DNA of 64,000 bases from Cyanophora paradoxa CCMP329 (GCA_004431415.1 QPMI01000081.1:1-64000); one strand, 5' to 3'; positions 35,779 through 48,662 are shown, counted from the stretch's first letter. Translations and numbers: made by a program. The notes: generated by a model not told the origin, from the letters alone.

Positions 35779-38700
35779 GCAGGTAGTTCATTCTAAATTC
35801 GTTTTTAATCGATATCTGCGGCGCCCGAGCCGCCACATATATTTCGCGGCGCTCGACCCGCCATTTTCGCGAAATGTCAGATTGTCGGATCACGCTGAAA
35901 TCATATGCATGATCCAATGATCAGCGGCACGCAGCAGCAGCAACAGCCGCCTCCAACGCGGCCGCCGGGCACACATAAAGAAAAACAGCCTTCAGATTGT
36001 CCGGCGGCGTACGTTTTGGAGCAGGCGTGGCCTCGCCCGCCCCGCGCGAAAATGTTCCTATATATATTTCGCGCCAACGGCAGCGGGCATCGTCAAGCGA
36101 TTCCTCGGTAGCGAATCAGCTCGCCGAGCTCAAGGACCTCTTTGTTCCGAATTCAGCTGGCTCGAATCATTGAATCCCCGGAGTCAGCTGGCCTTGGCAC
36201 AAATTAAAATGCCAGGTAGCAAGGAATCAAGGGCGGGACTGCCGACTTAGTGTTTTTTTGCAAAAGTGGACGTCGCATTGATCATGATACATCACGGCAC
36301 ATGTATCAATGTTCTACGTGAGGTGCCCTCTCGACCGGTCATGGGTCGCTCAATATGGGCGGGACTGCCGACTTTAGCTTGGCAATGTTCTCTAGCTAGA
36401 TTTGTTGTGATTACTTTTTGAATATAAAAAGGCCATATGTAATTATAATGCCAGCCACAGCCATTACCCTTCGTAGTCGTACCCCTTTATGCCCAGTAAT
36501 GCCTGCCAAAGTAATGCCTGCCTACCCTTTGTAATCGTACCCCTGTATACCCACGATCTTGTACCCTACGACCTGAGCAATCATGATCAGCGACGGGATG
36601 ACGACGTCGGCATCCCACGGCCGGGCTCGGCGCCGGCGACCCGCGAAATGCATGGGCAGGGCCTCCTTGCGTTCCCGGGCGATCGCGCATCTCCCGATAA
36701 CCAGAATGCCGCGATCGACATCGGGTCCTCCGCCAATGAGTGCCGCGACCCTAACTGCAAATGTAAGCTCGCAAGCTCGTCATCGGGTGAAGTGCGCGCT
36801 TTTCTCCCGGCGCGGGCCCCCGGGGTCCACCAGACCATTATCGGATATTATTGCAACCTGACGACGCTGCGCAGCCGCGATGCCCGGATTGGCAACGGCC
36901 ATGCCACGGCTATGCTGCGCCGGCGCCTCACGGGCCGGCGCCCGCCGCCACGCCGACCCGGGGTCCCGTGCCGCCGCCAGTTCCGACGCCGGGCCCCGCG
37001 CCCCACCCGTTCGCCGCTCCCTCGCCCGCAACAGCCCCCGCTGCAATCGCGGAGTGGATCTATGGTCAGTGGCATAGATCTCCTCTCATGACTAGGTCCA
37101 GCTTGGCGCCCGCCGGGGGGTCCGCCCCGCCCCACGCCCCGCACCATGGCCAGCTGCATGCCTGCCCCCCTCGGGCCCGCGCCCCACCCGATGTCCGCTC
37201 TTCCCACCGCCGGCGCGGCCGCGCCTTACCCGGTGCCTGTGGCCGCCTCCACTGCAATCGCACAGTTGCCCCAGTGGTCTTCTAGCCCTGTGCCTCTCGG
37301 GTCTTCAGCTGCCCCGGCGCCGGCCTGGGGTCCCGCGGCCGCCCCGCGGGCGCCACCCGTCCCGCCCCATGGCCAGGCCCGCGGCCGCCCATTCGAACTC
37401 AATGCAGCTCCGGCGGCGAGCTTCGCAACTGCGCAACACCAGCTCCGAGGGCTCGCCGCTCTTCCCTCGAGCTCTACGCCGTACACGGCGCCCTCTTCGT
37501 CTTCGGATCCTGCGCCTCTCGGATCCGGACCTGCCCCGCGCGGGGGGCCGCGGCCGGCGCCGGCTGCGGGTTTCGTCCTGTCTCCTGGCCCCGCCCCGCC
37601 TCTCGCCGCTCGGAGCCCAGTGCATATGTAAGCGGCCCCCCAAGGGTATCATGATCGGAGCCCTTATAGCTGGCTTCCCCGATCTTTTCCCGGACTCGTG
37701 GTCGTACCCGTCGCCGCCGACTCGCCGGCTTGCCGAGCCTGCGTCTCCTTCTACTTCCCTCCGGCGGTTTGCCTCCGGCCTTTGTTCTTGATACCGGACT
37801 GCCGCCTTTGCCTTCGTCTTCTGCTTCGCTAGCGCTGGTCGTATCCCGCCGGCGCCGGCGTATACGTACTTCGTCTTATAGTTTAGTTCGGTCTGGTTCG
37901 GATTCTGATCGTAGTGTTGATGATAGAGTTAGTTTCAATACTAGCTATAGTCCTCGTGCTCGACCTGTTGTTCGCCGTCGTTTGCAGTTCGACTGCCCGC
38001 CTCGACCCCGGCCGGCTTTAGTGATTCCTTTGACTGTCCTTTTGCCTGCTCTTGATCCGCCTGCCGCAGTGCTCCGCCTCCTGTGTCCTCCTCGACCTCG
38101 TGCCGTAGCTCTGCCCGGGGATGGATTTGTCATTCAGCACCACATTACAGTTTACAGAAACTGTCTCACCACGACGCCTACCATGAATCCTAGGATTGGC
38201 ACTGAGGCACTTACATCTTTGGAAAATAGGAACCGAAGCTTTGAGTGCTGGAGGAAGCAGGTAGTTCATTCTAAATTCGTTTTTAATCGATATCTGCGGC
38301 GCCCGAGCCGCCACATATATTTCGCGGCGCTCGACCCGCCATTTTCGCGAAATGTCAGATTGTCGGATCACGCTGAAATCATATGCATGATCCAATGATC
38401 AGCGGCACGCAGCAGCAGCAACAGCCGCCTCCAACGCGGCCGCCGGGCACACATAAAGAAAAACAGCCTTCAGATTGTCCGGCGGCGTACGTTTTGGAGC
38501 AGGCGTGGCCTCGCCCGCCCCGCGCGAAAATGTTCCTATATATATTTCGCGCCAACGGCAGCGGGCATCGTCAAGCGATTCCTCGGTAGCGAATCAGCTC
38601 GCCGAGCTCAAGGACCTCTTTGTTCCGAATTCAGCTGGCTCGAATCATTGAATCCCCGGAGTCAGCTGGCCTTGGCACAAATTAAAATGCCAGGTAGCAA

Positions 38701-41700
38701 GGAATCAAGGGCGGGACTGCCGACTTAGTGTTTTTTTGCAAAAGTGGACGTCGCATTGATCATGATACATCACGGCACATGTATCAATGTTCTACGTGAG
38801 GTGCCCTCTCGACCGGTCATGGGTCGCTCAATATGGGCGGGACTGCCGACTTTAGCTTGGCAATGTTCTCTAGCTAGATTTGTTGTGATTACTTTTTGAA
38901 TATAAAAAGGCCATATGTAATTATAATGCCAGCCACAGCCATTACCCTTCGTAGTCGTACCCCTTTATGCCCAGTAATGCCTGCCAAAGTAATGCCTGCC
39001 TACCCTTTGTAATCGTACCCCTGTATACCCACGATCTTGTACCCTACGACCTGAGCAATCATGATCAGCGACGGGATGACGACGTCGGCATCCCACGGCC
39101 GGGCTCGGCGCCGGCGACCCGCGAAATGCATGGGCAGGGCCTCCTTGCGTTCCCGGGCGATCGCGCATCTCCCGATAACCAGAATGCCGCGATCGACATC
39201 GGGTCCTCCGCCAATGAGTGCCGCGACCCTAACTGCAAATGTAAGCTCGCAAGCTCGTCATCGGGTGAAGTGCGCGCTTTTCTCCCGGCGCGGGCCCCCG
39301 GGTCCACCAGACCATTATCGGATATTATTGCAACCTGACGACGCTGCGCAGCCGCGATGCCCGGATTGGCAACGGCCATGCCACGGCTATGCTGCGCCGG
39401 CGCCTCACGGGCCGGCGCCCGCCGCCACGCCGACCCGGGGTCCCGTGCCGCCGCCAGTTCCGACGCCGGGCCCCGCGCCCCACCCGTTCGCCGCTCCCTC
39501 GCCCGCAACAGCCCCCGCTGCAATCGCGGAGTGGATCTATGGTCAGTGGCATAGATCTCCTCTCATGACTAGGTCCAGCTTGGCGCCCGCCGGGGGGTCC
39601 GCCCCGCCCCACGCCCCGCACCATGGCCAGCTGCATGCCTGCCCCCCCTCGGGCCCCGCGCCCCACCCGATGTCCGCTCTTCCCACCGCCGGCGCGGCCG
39701 CGCCTTACCCGGTGCCTGTGGCCGCCTCCACTGCAATCGCACAGTTGCCCCAGTGGTCTTCTAGCCCTGTGCCTCTCGGTCTTCAGCTGCCCCGGCGCCG
39801 GCCTGGGGTCCCGCGGCCGCCCGCGGGCGCCACCCGTCCCGCCCATGGCCAGGCCCGCGGCCGCCCATTCGAACTCAATGCAGCTCCGGCGGCGAGCTTC
39901 GCAACTGCGCAACACCAGCTCCGAGGGCTCGCCGCTCTTCCCTCGAGCTCTACGCCGTACACGGCGCCCTCTTCGTCTTCGGATCCTGCGCCTCTCGGAT
40001 CCGGACCTGCCCGCGCGGGGGCCGCGGCCGGCGCCGGCTGCGGGTTTCGTCCTGTCTCCTGGCCCGCCCCGCCTCTCGCCGCTCGGAGCCCAGTGCATAT
40101 GTAAGCGGCCCCCAAGGGTATCATGATCGGAGCCCTTATAGCTGGCTTCCCCGATCTTTCCCGGACTCGTGGTCGTACCCGTCGCCGCCGACTCGCCGGC
40201 TTGCCGAGCCTGCGTCTCCTTCTACTTCCCTCCGGCGGTTTGCCTCCGGCCTTTGTTCTTGATACCGGACTGCCGCCTTTGCCTTCGTCTTCTGCTTCGC
40301 TAGCGCTGGTCGTATCCCGCCGGCGCCGGCGTATACGTACTTCGTCTTATAGTTTAGTTCGGTCTGGTTCGGATTCTGATCGTAGTGTTGATGATAGAGT
40401 TAGTTTCAATACTAGCTATAGTCCTCGTGCTCGACCTGTTGTTCGCCGTCGTTTGCAGTTCGACTGCCCGCCTCGACCCGGCCGGCTTTAGTGATTCCTT
40501 TGACTGTCCTTTTGCCTGCTCTTGATCCGCCTGCCGCAGTGCTCCGCCTCCTGTGTCCTCCTCGACCTCGTGCCGTAGCTCTGCCCGGGATGGATTTGTC
40601 ATTCAGCACCACATTACAGTTTACAGAAACTGTCTCACCACGACGCCTACCATGAATCCTAGGATTGGCACTGAGGCACTTACATCTTTGGAAAATAGGA
40701 ACCGAAGCTTTGAGTGCTGGAGGAAGCAGGTAGTTCATTCTAAATTCGTTTTTAATCGATATCTGCGGCGCCCGAGCCGCCACATATATTTCGCGGCGCT
40801 CGACCCGCCATTTTCGCGAAATGTCAGATTGTCGGATCACGCTGAAATCATATGCATGATCCAATGATCAGCGGCACGCAGCAGCAGCAACAGCCGCCTC
40901 CAACGCGGCCGCCGGGCACACATAAAGAAAAACAGCCTTCAGATTGTCCGGCGGCGTACGTTTTGGAGCAGGCGTGGCCTCGCCCGCCCCGCGCGAAAAT
41001 GTTCCTATATATATTTCGCGCCAACGGCAGCGGGCATCGTCAAGCGATTCCTCGGTAGCGAATCAGCTCGCCGAGCTCAAGGACCTCTTTGTTCCGAATT
41101 CAGCTGGCTCGAATCATTGAATCCCCGGAGTCAGCTGGCCTTGGCACAAATTAAAATGCCAGGTAGCAAGGAATCAAGGGCGGGACTGCCGACTTAGTGT
41201 TTTTTTGCAAAAGTGGACGTCGCATTGATCATGATACATCACGGCACATGTATCAATGTTCTACGTGAGGTGCCCTCTCGACCGGTCATGGGTCGCTCAA
41301 TATGGGCGGGACTGCCGACTTTAGCTTGGCAATGTTCTCTAGCTAGATTTGTTGTGATTACTTTTTGAATATAAAAAGGCCATATGTAATTATAATGCCA
41401 GCCACAGCCATTACCCTTCGTAGTCGTACCCCTTTATGCCCAGTAATGCCTGCCAAAGTAATGCCTGCCTACCCTTTGTAATCGTACCCCTGTATACCCA
41501 CGATCTTGTACCCTACGACCTGAGCAATCATGATCAGCGACGGGATGACGACGTCGGCATCCCACGGCCGGGCTCGGCGCCGGCGACCCGCGAAATGCAT
41601 GGGCAGGGCCTCCTTGCGTTCCCGGGCGATCGCGCATCTCCCGATAACCAGAATGCCGCGATCGACATCGGGTCCTCCGCCAATGAGTGCCGCGACCCTA

Positions 41701-42616
41701 ACTGCAAATGTAAGCTCGCAAGCTCGTCATCGGGTGAAGTGCGCGCTTTTCTCCCGGCGCGGGCCCCCGGGTCCACCAGACCATTATCGGATATTATTGC
41801 AACCTGACGACGCTGCGCAGCCGCGATGCCCGGATTGGCAACGGCCATGCCACGGCTATGCTGCGCCGGCGCCTCACGGGCCGGCGCCCGCCGCCACGCC
41901 GACCCGGGGTCCCGTGCCGCCGCCAGTTCCGACGCCGGGCCCCGCGCCCCACCCGTTCGCCGCTCCCTCGCCCGCAACAGCCCCCGCTGCAATCGCGGAG
42001 TGGATCTATGGTCAGTGGCATAGATCTCCTCTCATGACTAGGTCCAGCTTGGCGCCCGCCGGGGGGTCCGCCCCGCCCCACGCCCCGCACCATGGCCAGC
42101 TGCATGCCTGCCCCCCCTCGGGCCCCGCGCCCCACCCGATGTCCGCTCTTCCCACCGCCGGCGCGGCCGCGCCTTACCCGGTGCCTGTGGCCGCCTCCAC
42201 TGCAATCGCACAGTTGCCCCAGTGGTCTTCTAGCCCTGTGCCTCTCGGGTCTTCAGCTGCCCCGGCGCCGGCCTGGGGTCCCGCGGCCGCCCCGCGGGCG
42301 CCACCCGTCCCGCCCCATGGCCAGGCCCGCGGCCGCCCATTCGAACTCAATGCAGCTCCGGCGGCGAGCTTCGCAACTGCGCAACACCAGCTCCGAGGGC
42401 TCGCCGCTCTTCCCTCGAGCTCTACGCCGTACACGGCGCCCTCTTCGTCTTCGGATCCTGCGCCTCTCGGATCCGGACCTGCCCCGCGCGGGGGGCCGCG
42501 GCCGGCGCCGGCTGCGGGTTTCGTCCTGTCTCCTGGCCCCGCCCCGCCTCTCGCCGCTCGGAGCCCAGTGCATATGTAAGCGGCCCCCCAAGGGTATCAT
42601 GATCGGAGCCCTTATA
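35779..42616 (+). repeat. Near-identical tandem amplification, ~2.47-kb unit, ~2.75 copies (A-B-A-B-A)
   Basis: Units start at 35779, 38257 and 40726 (periods 2478 and 2469; the same MHDPMISG ORF at 35905, 38383, 40852). A is ~1.89 kb; B is 37669-38256 and 40141-40725. Visible differences are single-base indels in G/C runs. Confidence 0.97.
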
Positions 42617-42975
42617 ATTACTATCATGATCAAGGGTATGATCATGACAGGCCTCCGTACGCGCACAGGGTGGTACATGTACAGCCGGAGCAGCAGCCGC
42701 CACGCGAGCCAGCCGGTGTTATCGGAGCAGCTGCAGCAGCAATTGCAAGTGGGACTGCAAGCAGCTGCAGCGAGAATTGCTCATATATGCATGGTTTCTT
42801 TAGTGGGCGGCTCTTTGCGATGAGCAAGGAGATCGCGGCGCAGCGAGAGGAATTCGCGGCGCAGTTCGCGGCGCAGCGAGAGGAAATCGCTGCGGCGAGA
42901 GCGGAGATCGCGCGCCTCGGCAGGGAGCTGTACGAGGAGGAAGCGAGCTCGAGTGAGCTGGCGAGCGATCACTAG
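41530..42975 (+). CDS. Pro/Ala-rich protein with short C-terminal coiled coil (complete copy of the amplified gene; C-terminus clipped by CACTA element 2)
   Basis: ORF 41530-42579 splices in frame via AT|gtaag (42576)...gacag (42650)|G into the frame of ORF 42670-42975 (EIAAQREEFAAQFAAQREEIAAARAEIARL). Removing the transposon restores ...LASDGSPRSP* ending at 46083. Start codon uncertain. Confidence 0.55.
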
Positions 42976-45900
42976 TAAAAGGGGGGTCGCCGGAGCCTGT
43001 TTCAGCCTGATTAATATCAGGCTAGCCTGATTCGAAAACAGGCTGGAATCAGGCTGAGCCGCCAGCCTGAATCCAGCCTGATTGCCAAACAGGCTAGCCT
43101 GATTAGCTATCAGGCTAGCCTGGTTTCTTTACAGGCTGGACTCCAGCCTGCACCCAAGCCTAATTCGAATAGTTATCAGGCTGGAGTCGGCTGGTCAGGC
43201 TGAATCAGGCTGAGCGCGCCAGCACACATAGAAGCATCGGAACTCGCACTCTTAATATGATAAGCACTAGTACTAGTACTACGTATACGGTACTGTTCTA
43301 CATCTAAACATGCAGACGGAATTGAAAAGCGGCAAAAAGGCAGTGGTTCTCCAGGAGATATTGCGGATCCGGGCCCGCGCTCCTCGCAGGCCGCGGCGCC
43401 GGACGCCGCGCTCGGCATGTGGATGTGCCGTGCGGTGTCGCGCACGGGGAGCCGCGCGGAGCTGCCCGCGGCCGCCGCCGGGCCGAGACGCCCGTCCTAG
43501 GAGATAATGTCAGAATAAGGTCAGACGATGGGTGTTCGGATGGGGGCGATCTGAAGGCGCGCAGCAGCGCGTATTGAAGAGTTATTTAAGATCATGTATA
43601 AAGCTTAAGAGCGGCGCCGTGGCCTGGCAAGCGCGCACCAAAAAAGCGCGGCACTCCGCTGCAGCTTCGCGTGGAGAGCTCGCCAGGGAAATCTGGACAA
43701 GCAGAACTCGAGGTTAGATGCAGACTAGTGCGCGAGGAAAGAGAACGCGCCCGCGGCAGCGATTCCCGTGGCCCAGCGGCCCGGCAACTGTGCCAGGAAG
43801 TCGTCTCTAAAAGTGATCTGCCGGACCGGATACTATGCTCCATTAACTCGTATTGAAGCCCTTTATAAGCCTACGTGGTCGGCCGAAAGTTGATTCTCCC
43901 CCCACTAAGGTCTCCGCGGACCTGGGCGAGCTCGGCGACGGGATGGTCGTACTGGCAAGGAAGCCGCCGGCTCCCGCGCGGCCATTTCGCGAGCATCTGA
44001 GGCGAGGATTACGGCAATGCGCAGCGATTGGGGCGGGGGCGCACGGGTGCGGCCGCGCGGCCATGAAACTGCGGCGGAGGTCGGCGCTCGGGCGCGGTGC
44101 GGCAGCGGGCGCGGCTCGCCTGCAATGGGATCGACCGAAGATCAGTTGTAGCGCGTTCCGCATGCTCGCTGCAGCCAGGCGCTCTCGAGGCTGCAAGGAA
44201 TCTGCACGACACCGGCAGGCCTGCACGGAATCGCGTCGGGTCATGCTGAGAGCATGCAAGTGGCATTCTTACATCGACGCAAGATCCCTGTGATGTAGAG
44301 CGGAGAGCTGCGCCGAACCTGGGCCCAAATGAGCAACTTCTCCCGAGGTCGGCGCAGCTGGAGAGCGGCGTTGGGAGCTCGCAGGGACCGATCCAGCGCA
44401 CCAAGCATCCCACGTAGCTCTCGGGACGCTGCTGGGCGCGAACGGCCTGCCGCGATGCAGCACTAGATGGGCGACGTCGCCTGCAGCGTCTGTGGAGCTC
44501 TCAACCCGTTATAGCTAGCGCCTCCAGTGCATAGATGCGCTCGCCGCTTGTCTTGCATGCCTCTAGCTAAGAGCGAGGTCTTCGAGCTTGGGTACCAGTT
44601 TTGACTGGGGTACACAAACCGCAAATATCGGAGCCCTCGCTGCCCGCTCCCGCGCCTTGCGGCAGCCGCGGGCGAGCGGAGCGTGCAGCAACCGCCTCTA
44701 TAGCGTTGCTTGCACCTCGTACGCGTGCAGGTCGGCAGCGAGAGCGGGCCGCGGGCGGACTTCTTCGAATGAGGTCTGCGGCCCGTCTCCCGCGAGCTGC
44801 CGGCCTCTTGGCACACTCGTTGCTGATCATGCAGCGCTAGGAAGCGGGCAGCTTCCGCCCGGAGCCCCGAACGGCATTGTCCGCAGCCCGCCAGGTCCGA
44901 TCCGCGAACTCGTGCTCTCGGACGCGCTGCGGTCGCTCTGTGGGCTATTCTTGCTAATCGTCTCACGCAGGAGTGCTTGACCGGCCTGCGCTCTCGCTTC
45001 CGTGGTGACCCGCGGCCGCGACTGCACGACCCGCGCTTCTCGCTTCCTGCAGCTGCAGGCTGCAGCACGGCGCGGCCGCTCCTCCCGGCCGGCCACTCGC
45101 CGGCGCCCAATTCCGGCCGAGGCCCGCTCGCCCTTGCTGACTCGCGGTTCCAGATCTTTGCCTGCTTCGAGGCGTGCCGCCCCGCGCGACTTCGCCTCGC
45201 GATCCTCGATGAAGGTACGCGCTCCTCCCGGCCGGCCGCTCGCCGGCGCCCGATCCCGGCCGAGGCCCGCTCGCCCTTGCTGACTTGCGGTTCCAGATCT
45301 TTGCCTGCTTCGAGGCGTGCAGCCCCGCGCGACTTCGCCTCGCGATCCTCGATGAAGGTACGCGCTCCTCCCGGCCGGCCGCTCGCCGGCGCCCGATCCC
45401 GGCCGAGGCCCGCTCGCCCTTGCTGACTCGCGGTTCCAGATCTTTGCCTGCTTCGAGGCGTGCAGCCCCGCGCGACTTCGCCTCGCGATCCTCGATGAAG
45501 GTACGCGCTCCTCCCGGCCGGCCGCTCGCCGGCGCCCGATCCCGGCCGAGGCCCGCTCGCCCTTGCTGACTCGCGGCCCCAGATCTCGCATGCGGGCGAC
45601 TGGCAGCACAAGCTGCGACGTTCGATGTGGATGCGCATTGGCGACCGCCGCCCTCCAGCGCTCCCTTGCTCCCCCGGCGCTACGGGCAGCGCGACGAGGC
45701 TAATTGTAATGTCTGGTTTAGTTTCAGTTATTGAATGTTTAGTGCGTTTAGATGTAGAACAGCGCTTCTCGTATGTGCAATTCGAGTTCGGATGCTTCTA
45801 CGTGTGCTGGCGCGGTGCTGGGGGCGGGGCGGGGGGTAGCAAGCCTGATATGAGCCTGATGTTCAAGCCTGTTTGAAGCCTGATTCAAGCCTCATTCAGC

Positions 45901-46059
45901 CTGATCCAAGCCTGATTCAAGCCTGTTTCAGCCTGTTTCAAATCAGGCTGAATCCTCCGAAATAAGGCTGAGCCTGTTTCGCCCAGCCTGTCTCAGCCTT
46001 ATTTAAGCCTGCTTTAAATCAGGCTGAAACAGGCTCCGGCGACCCCCTTTTTACTAGTG
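42970..46059. mobile_element. Non-autonomous CACTA DNA transposon, element 2 (3090 bp)
   Basis: Termini CACTAG...CTAGTG with a ~43-bp TIR CACTAGTAAAA(G/A)GGGGGTCGCCGGAGCCTGTTTCAGCCTGATT (one mismatch). 3-bp TSD GAT at 42967-42969 and 46060-46062. Dense subterminal AGCCTGA/TCAGGCT repeats at 42995-43210 and 45840-46035. No transposase ORF visible. Confidence 0.95.
45080..45587 (+). repeat. 143-bp tandem repeat, ~3.5 copies, inside CACTA element 2
   Basis: CAGATCT anchor at 45151, 45294, 45437 and 45580 (constant 143-bp spacing). Confidence 0.95.
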
Positions 46060-46399
46060 GATGGGAGTCCCCGCAGCCCGTGATCGCGAGAAGGATCGAT
46101 CGATATCATCGAGATCAGCGAATATCATCTTCGAATTCATAATTAGATCCCGGCCCTCGCTCTTCTTTCTGCCAGTTGGATATCGTAGAAAGATATCGTA
46201 GCTATAGGATATAATTACAGCGAGTTCAGATTTCCGCTGAGTCAGTCCGGACCCTCGCTTGTTTTAGCCTTCAGATCCGGGCCCTCGCTCTTCTTTTTAG
46301 ATCGCTTAGAAAGCTACCGCAGTACACGAGACGCTGGTTCTGTAAATATTGCAAATTGCTCGGTCTAGATCTGAGCCGGCCCGGCCGGGCGGCGTGACG

Positions 46400-48624
46400 T
46401 CACGGGGGCGCGAGGTCCTTGCCGAAGCTGATTCCGGCGACTTGCGAGGCCGCCGAGCCCGGCCGGGCCGCCGCGGCCGCCCCCGCGGCCGCGGCCTCCG
46501 TGGCAGGCGGAGGCGTCGGTGCCGGTCGCCCTGCGCCCTCGCCGGCGGCGCTCGCGCCTGACGCGCGACGAGAGAGGGGCTGGAGGGAGAGGGGCGAGAG
46601 CTGGCGGGACAGGGACGCGGCGAGCCCGGGGAACCCCCCCTGGGGGGGAGGAGGGGGGCTCTGCGGCCCCGTCGGGGGGCTCTTGGTACCCCCCGGCCGC
46701 CGCGCCCCCATCAGGTCGGTCACCGGCGTGTCCTTCGTGTACCCCGCGCCCATCTGGGCCTGGTGGGGGGGAGAAGCGCCGCGGGGGGACCGGGAGCGCC
46801 TGGCGCGGCGGGAGCCCGAGTGGAAGCCGGCGCCCGATGCAGGCCTGTGCTTCCGGACCGGCGGCCGGTAGATCTGGTAGTACCGCTGCAAAGGGCCTCA
46901 GGGGGGTACAGTACAATCCGCAAGGAGGCAGGGGTACGGCGCCACCTCGAAGATGAGCTTGCAGAAGTCGTCCAAGACGACATCGAGGGACGGCGGCTGC
47001 TCCTCGCCCGTGACGGGTACGCGCTCCACCGCCACCCTGGAAGGGGGGAAGGGGGGGGGGCGGAGTTTCGGTGCGGGTACGGGGGGGGGGGAGGGGGGGA
47101 AGGAAGGGTGCCTCACACCGTGCGAGCCCCTCGACGAACTCGGAAAGGTCCATCTGAGGGGGGTACAGGGTTAGAAAAAGGCTGAATCGCAGCAAGAAAA
47201 AGGGAGACGCACGTCTTCGTACGTCGCTTCGTCGACGAGGTTCGCCTGCGGGGTACGCTCAATCGGAGGGGAGAAGGAGGAAGGGGGAGGTACGGCGGCG
47301 CGCCTGGATGAAGCTCGTCTGGACGATGCGCGCCGTCGTCCGCTTGTGGTCGATGATGCCGAGCTCCTGTACCCGGGCAGGTCGGACGGGAGGGAGGGGG
47401 GTAGACGAGGAAAGGGGGAGCAAGGTAAAGGGGATACCGTGAAGAGCGCGAACCACTCGCGCATCTGAATCGTTTTGAGGCGGTGCTTCATCGCCGGCAG
47501 CTCGGGCTGCGGCCTTAGCGTCAGAGGAGCCGGGGGTACAGCGAAATCTGCATCGCGGAGGGTACGCAGACACCTGCTTCTGCGCGTAGGTGCGGTATAC
47601 TTCGCGAAGCTTTGGAAGGTGCCGAGCCACCACCTGCGGCGACAAGGAAGCTCAGAGGGGGTACGGGGCGGGGAGAGGAGGGGGGTACGCGCCTCCTGGC
47701 ACTCGGGGGTAGCGAGTTCCGCCCGCAGCAGCTCGTAGCTGTCCATTTTGGCGTTCGGCATGATGTCTGGGGTACGCAAAATATTGGGGAGGAATGGATT
47801 AGAGCCGGAGGCTGCGGGAGAATGCGGGGGGGGGGGGGTAAGAAGTGGGGGTACCGCACCGCGGGAGAGGAGTGTAGAGAAGCGCTCCGGGAGGGAGGGG
47901 AGGGCCCCGTACCTGAGAAAAAAGCGGGGGAATGAGAACGAAGAGGGGTACAGGCGAAGAGTTGGAGGGTGGTACGCGCTTGATGTGGGCGACCCGCACG
48001 AGGCACTGGATGAACTCGTACAGGAGGAGCTGGTCCGCGCGGTTCGCCTCGTCCTCCTGGGAGCCAGATCGGGTGGGGTGAGGGGGTACAGGAATCGCGG
48101 ATAAGGGGGGTACGCCGCGCGCGCACGTCCTGCTTGGGTAGGCCGTTCTCATCGTACTGACGGTTCGCCATCACGAACGCGACATTTATGGAGGCTGCGG
48201 GGGTACGCAAGCTTCAGAAGGGTAGGAAGCGATCTCTGGGGGTACAGCAAGTCACCGGCCATGGTTGCGTTCTCGGCGACGCGGCAGTCGTGCATGAGCT
48301 TCTCGAACTCGCGCTTGCTCATCGTGAACATCGATTCTGGGGTGGGGTCGGGTACGCGGTCTCAGAGAGAGGGCGAGGGAGGGAAGGGATGACACTAGAG
48401 GGGAGGGGGGGGAAGGGAAGGGGATCTGGGATCTGGAGCGGTGGAGCAAGGTCGAGAGGCGTATAGAAAGGCCCCTCTAACCCGGCCGGGCCGGCCTAAC
48501 GCGGCGGGACGGGGCGGGGCGGGGCGGGGGCGGAGTGGCGGTTGTCGAGGGACCAGGGACCTGTAGCTAGGGGGTAGCTAGGATCTAGGATCTGGGATCG
48601 GGAACGAGCGGCGGCCCCGGATGG

Positions 48625-48662
<38 letters not shown>

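Noticed and set aside
39061-40126. Copy-specific frameshifts as programmed variation between repeat units
   Set aside because: The differences are single-base indels in G/C homopolymers, typical of long-read consensus error.
35779-42616. Tandem LTR/TRIM element (LTR-internal-LTR-internal-LTR)
   Set aside because: The A segments lack TG...CA ends, PBS/PPT and a TSD, and A runs seamlessly into a host intron and exon.
45080-45587. CRISPR-like array
   Set aside because: These are head-to-tail identical units with no unique spacers, in a eukaryotic context with no cas genes.
44463-45638. 391-aa and 260-aa ORFs as a CACTA transposase
   Set aside because: They are products of the GC-rich 143-bp repeat cycling through frames; no transposase-like motifs are visible.
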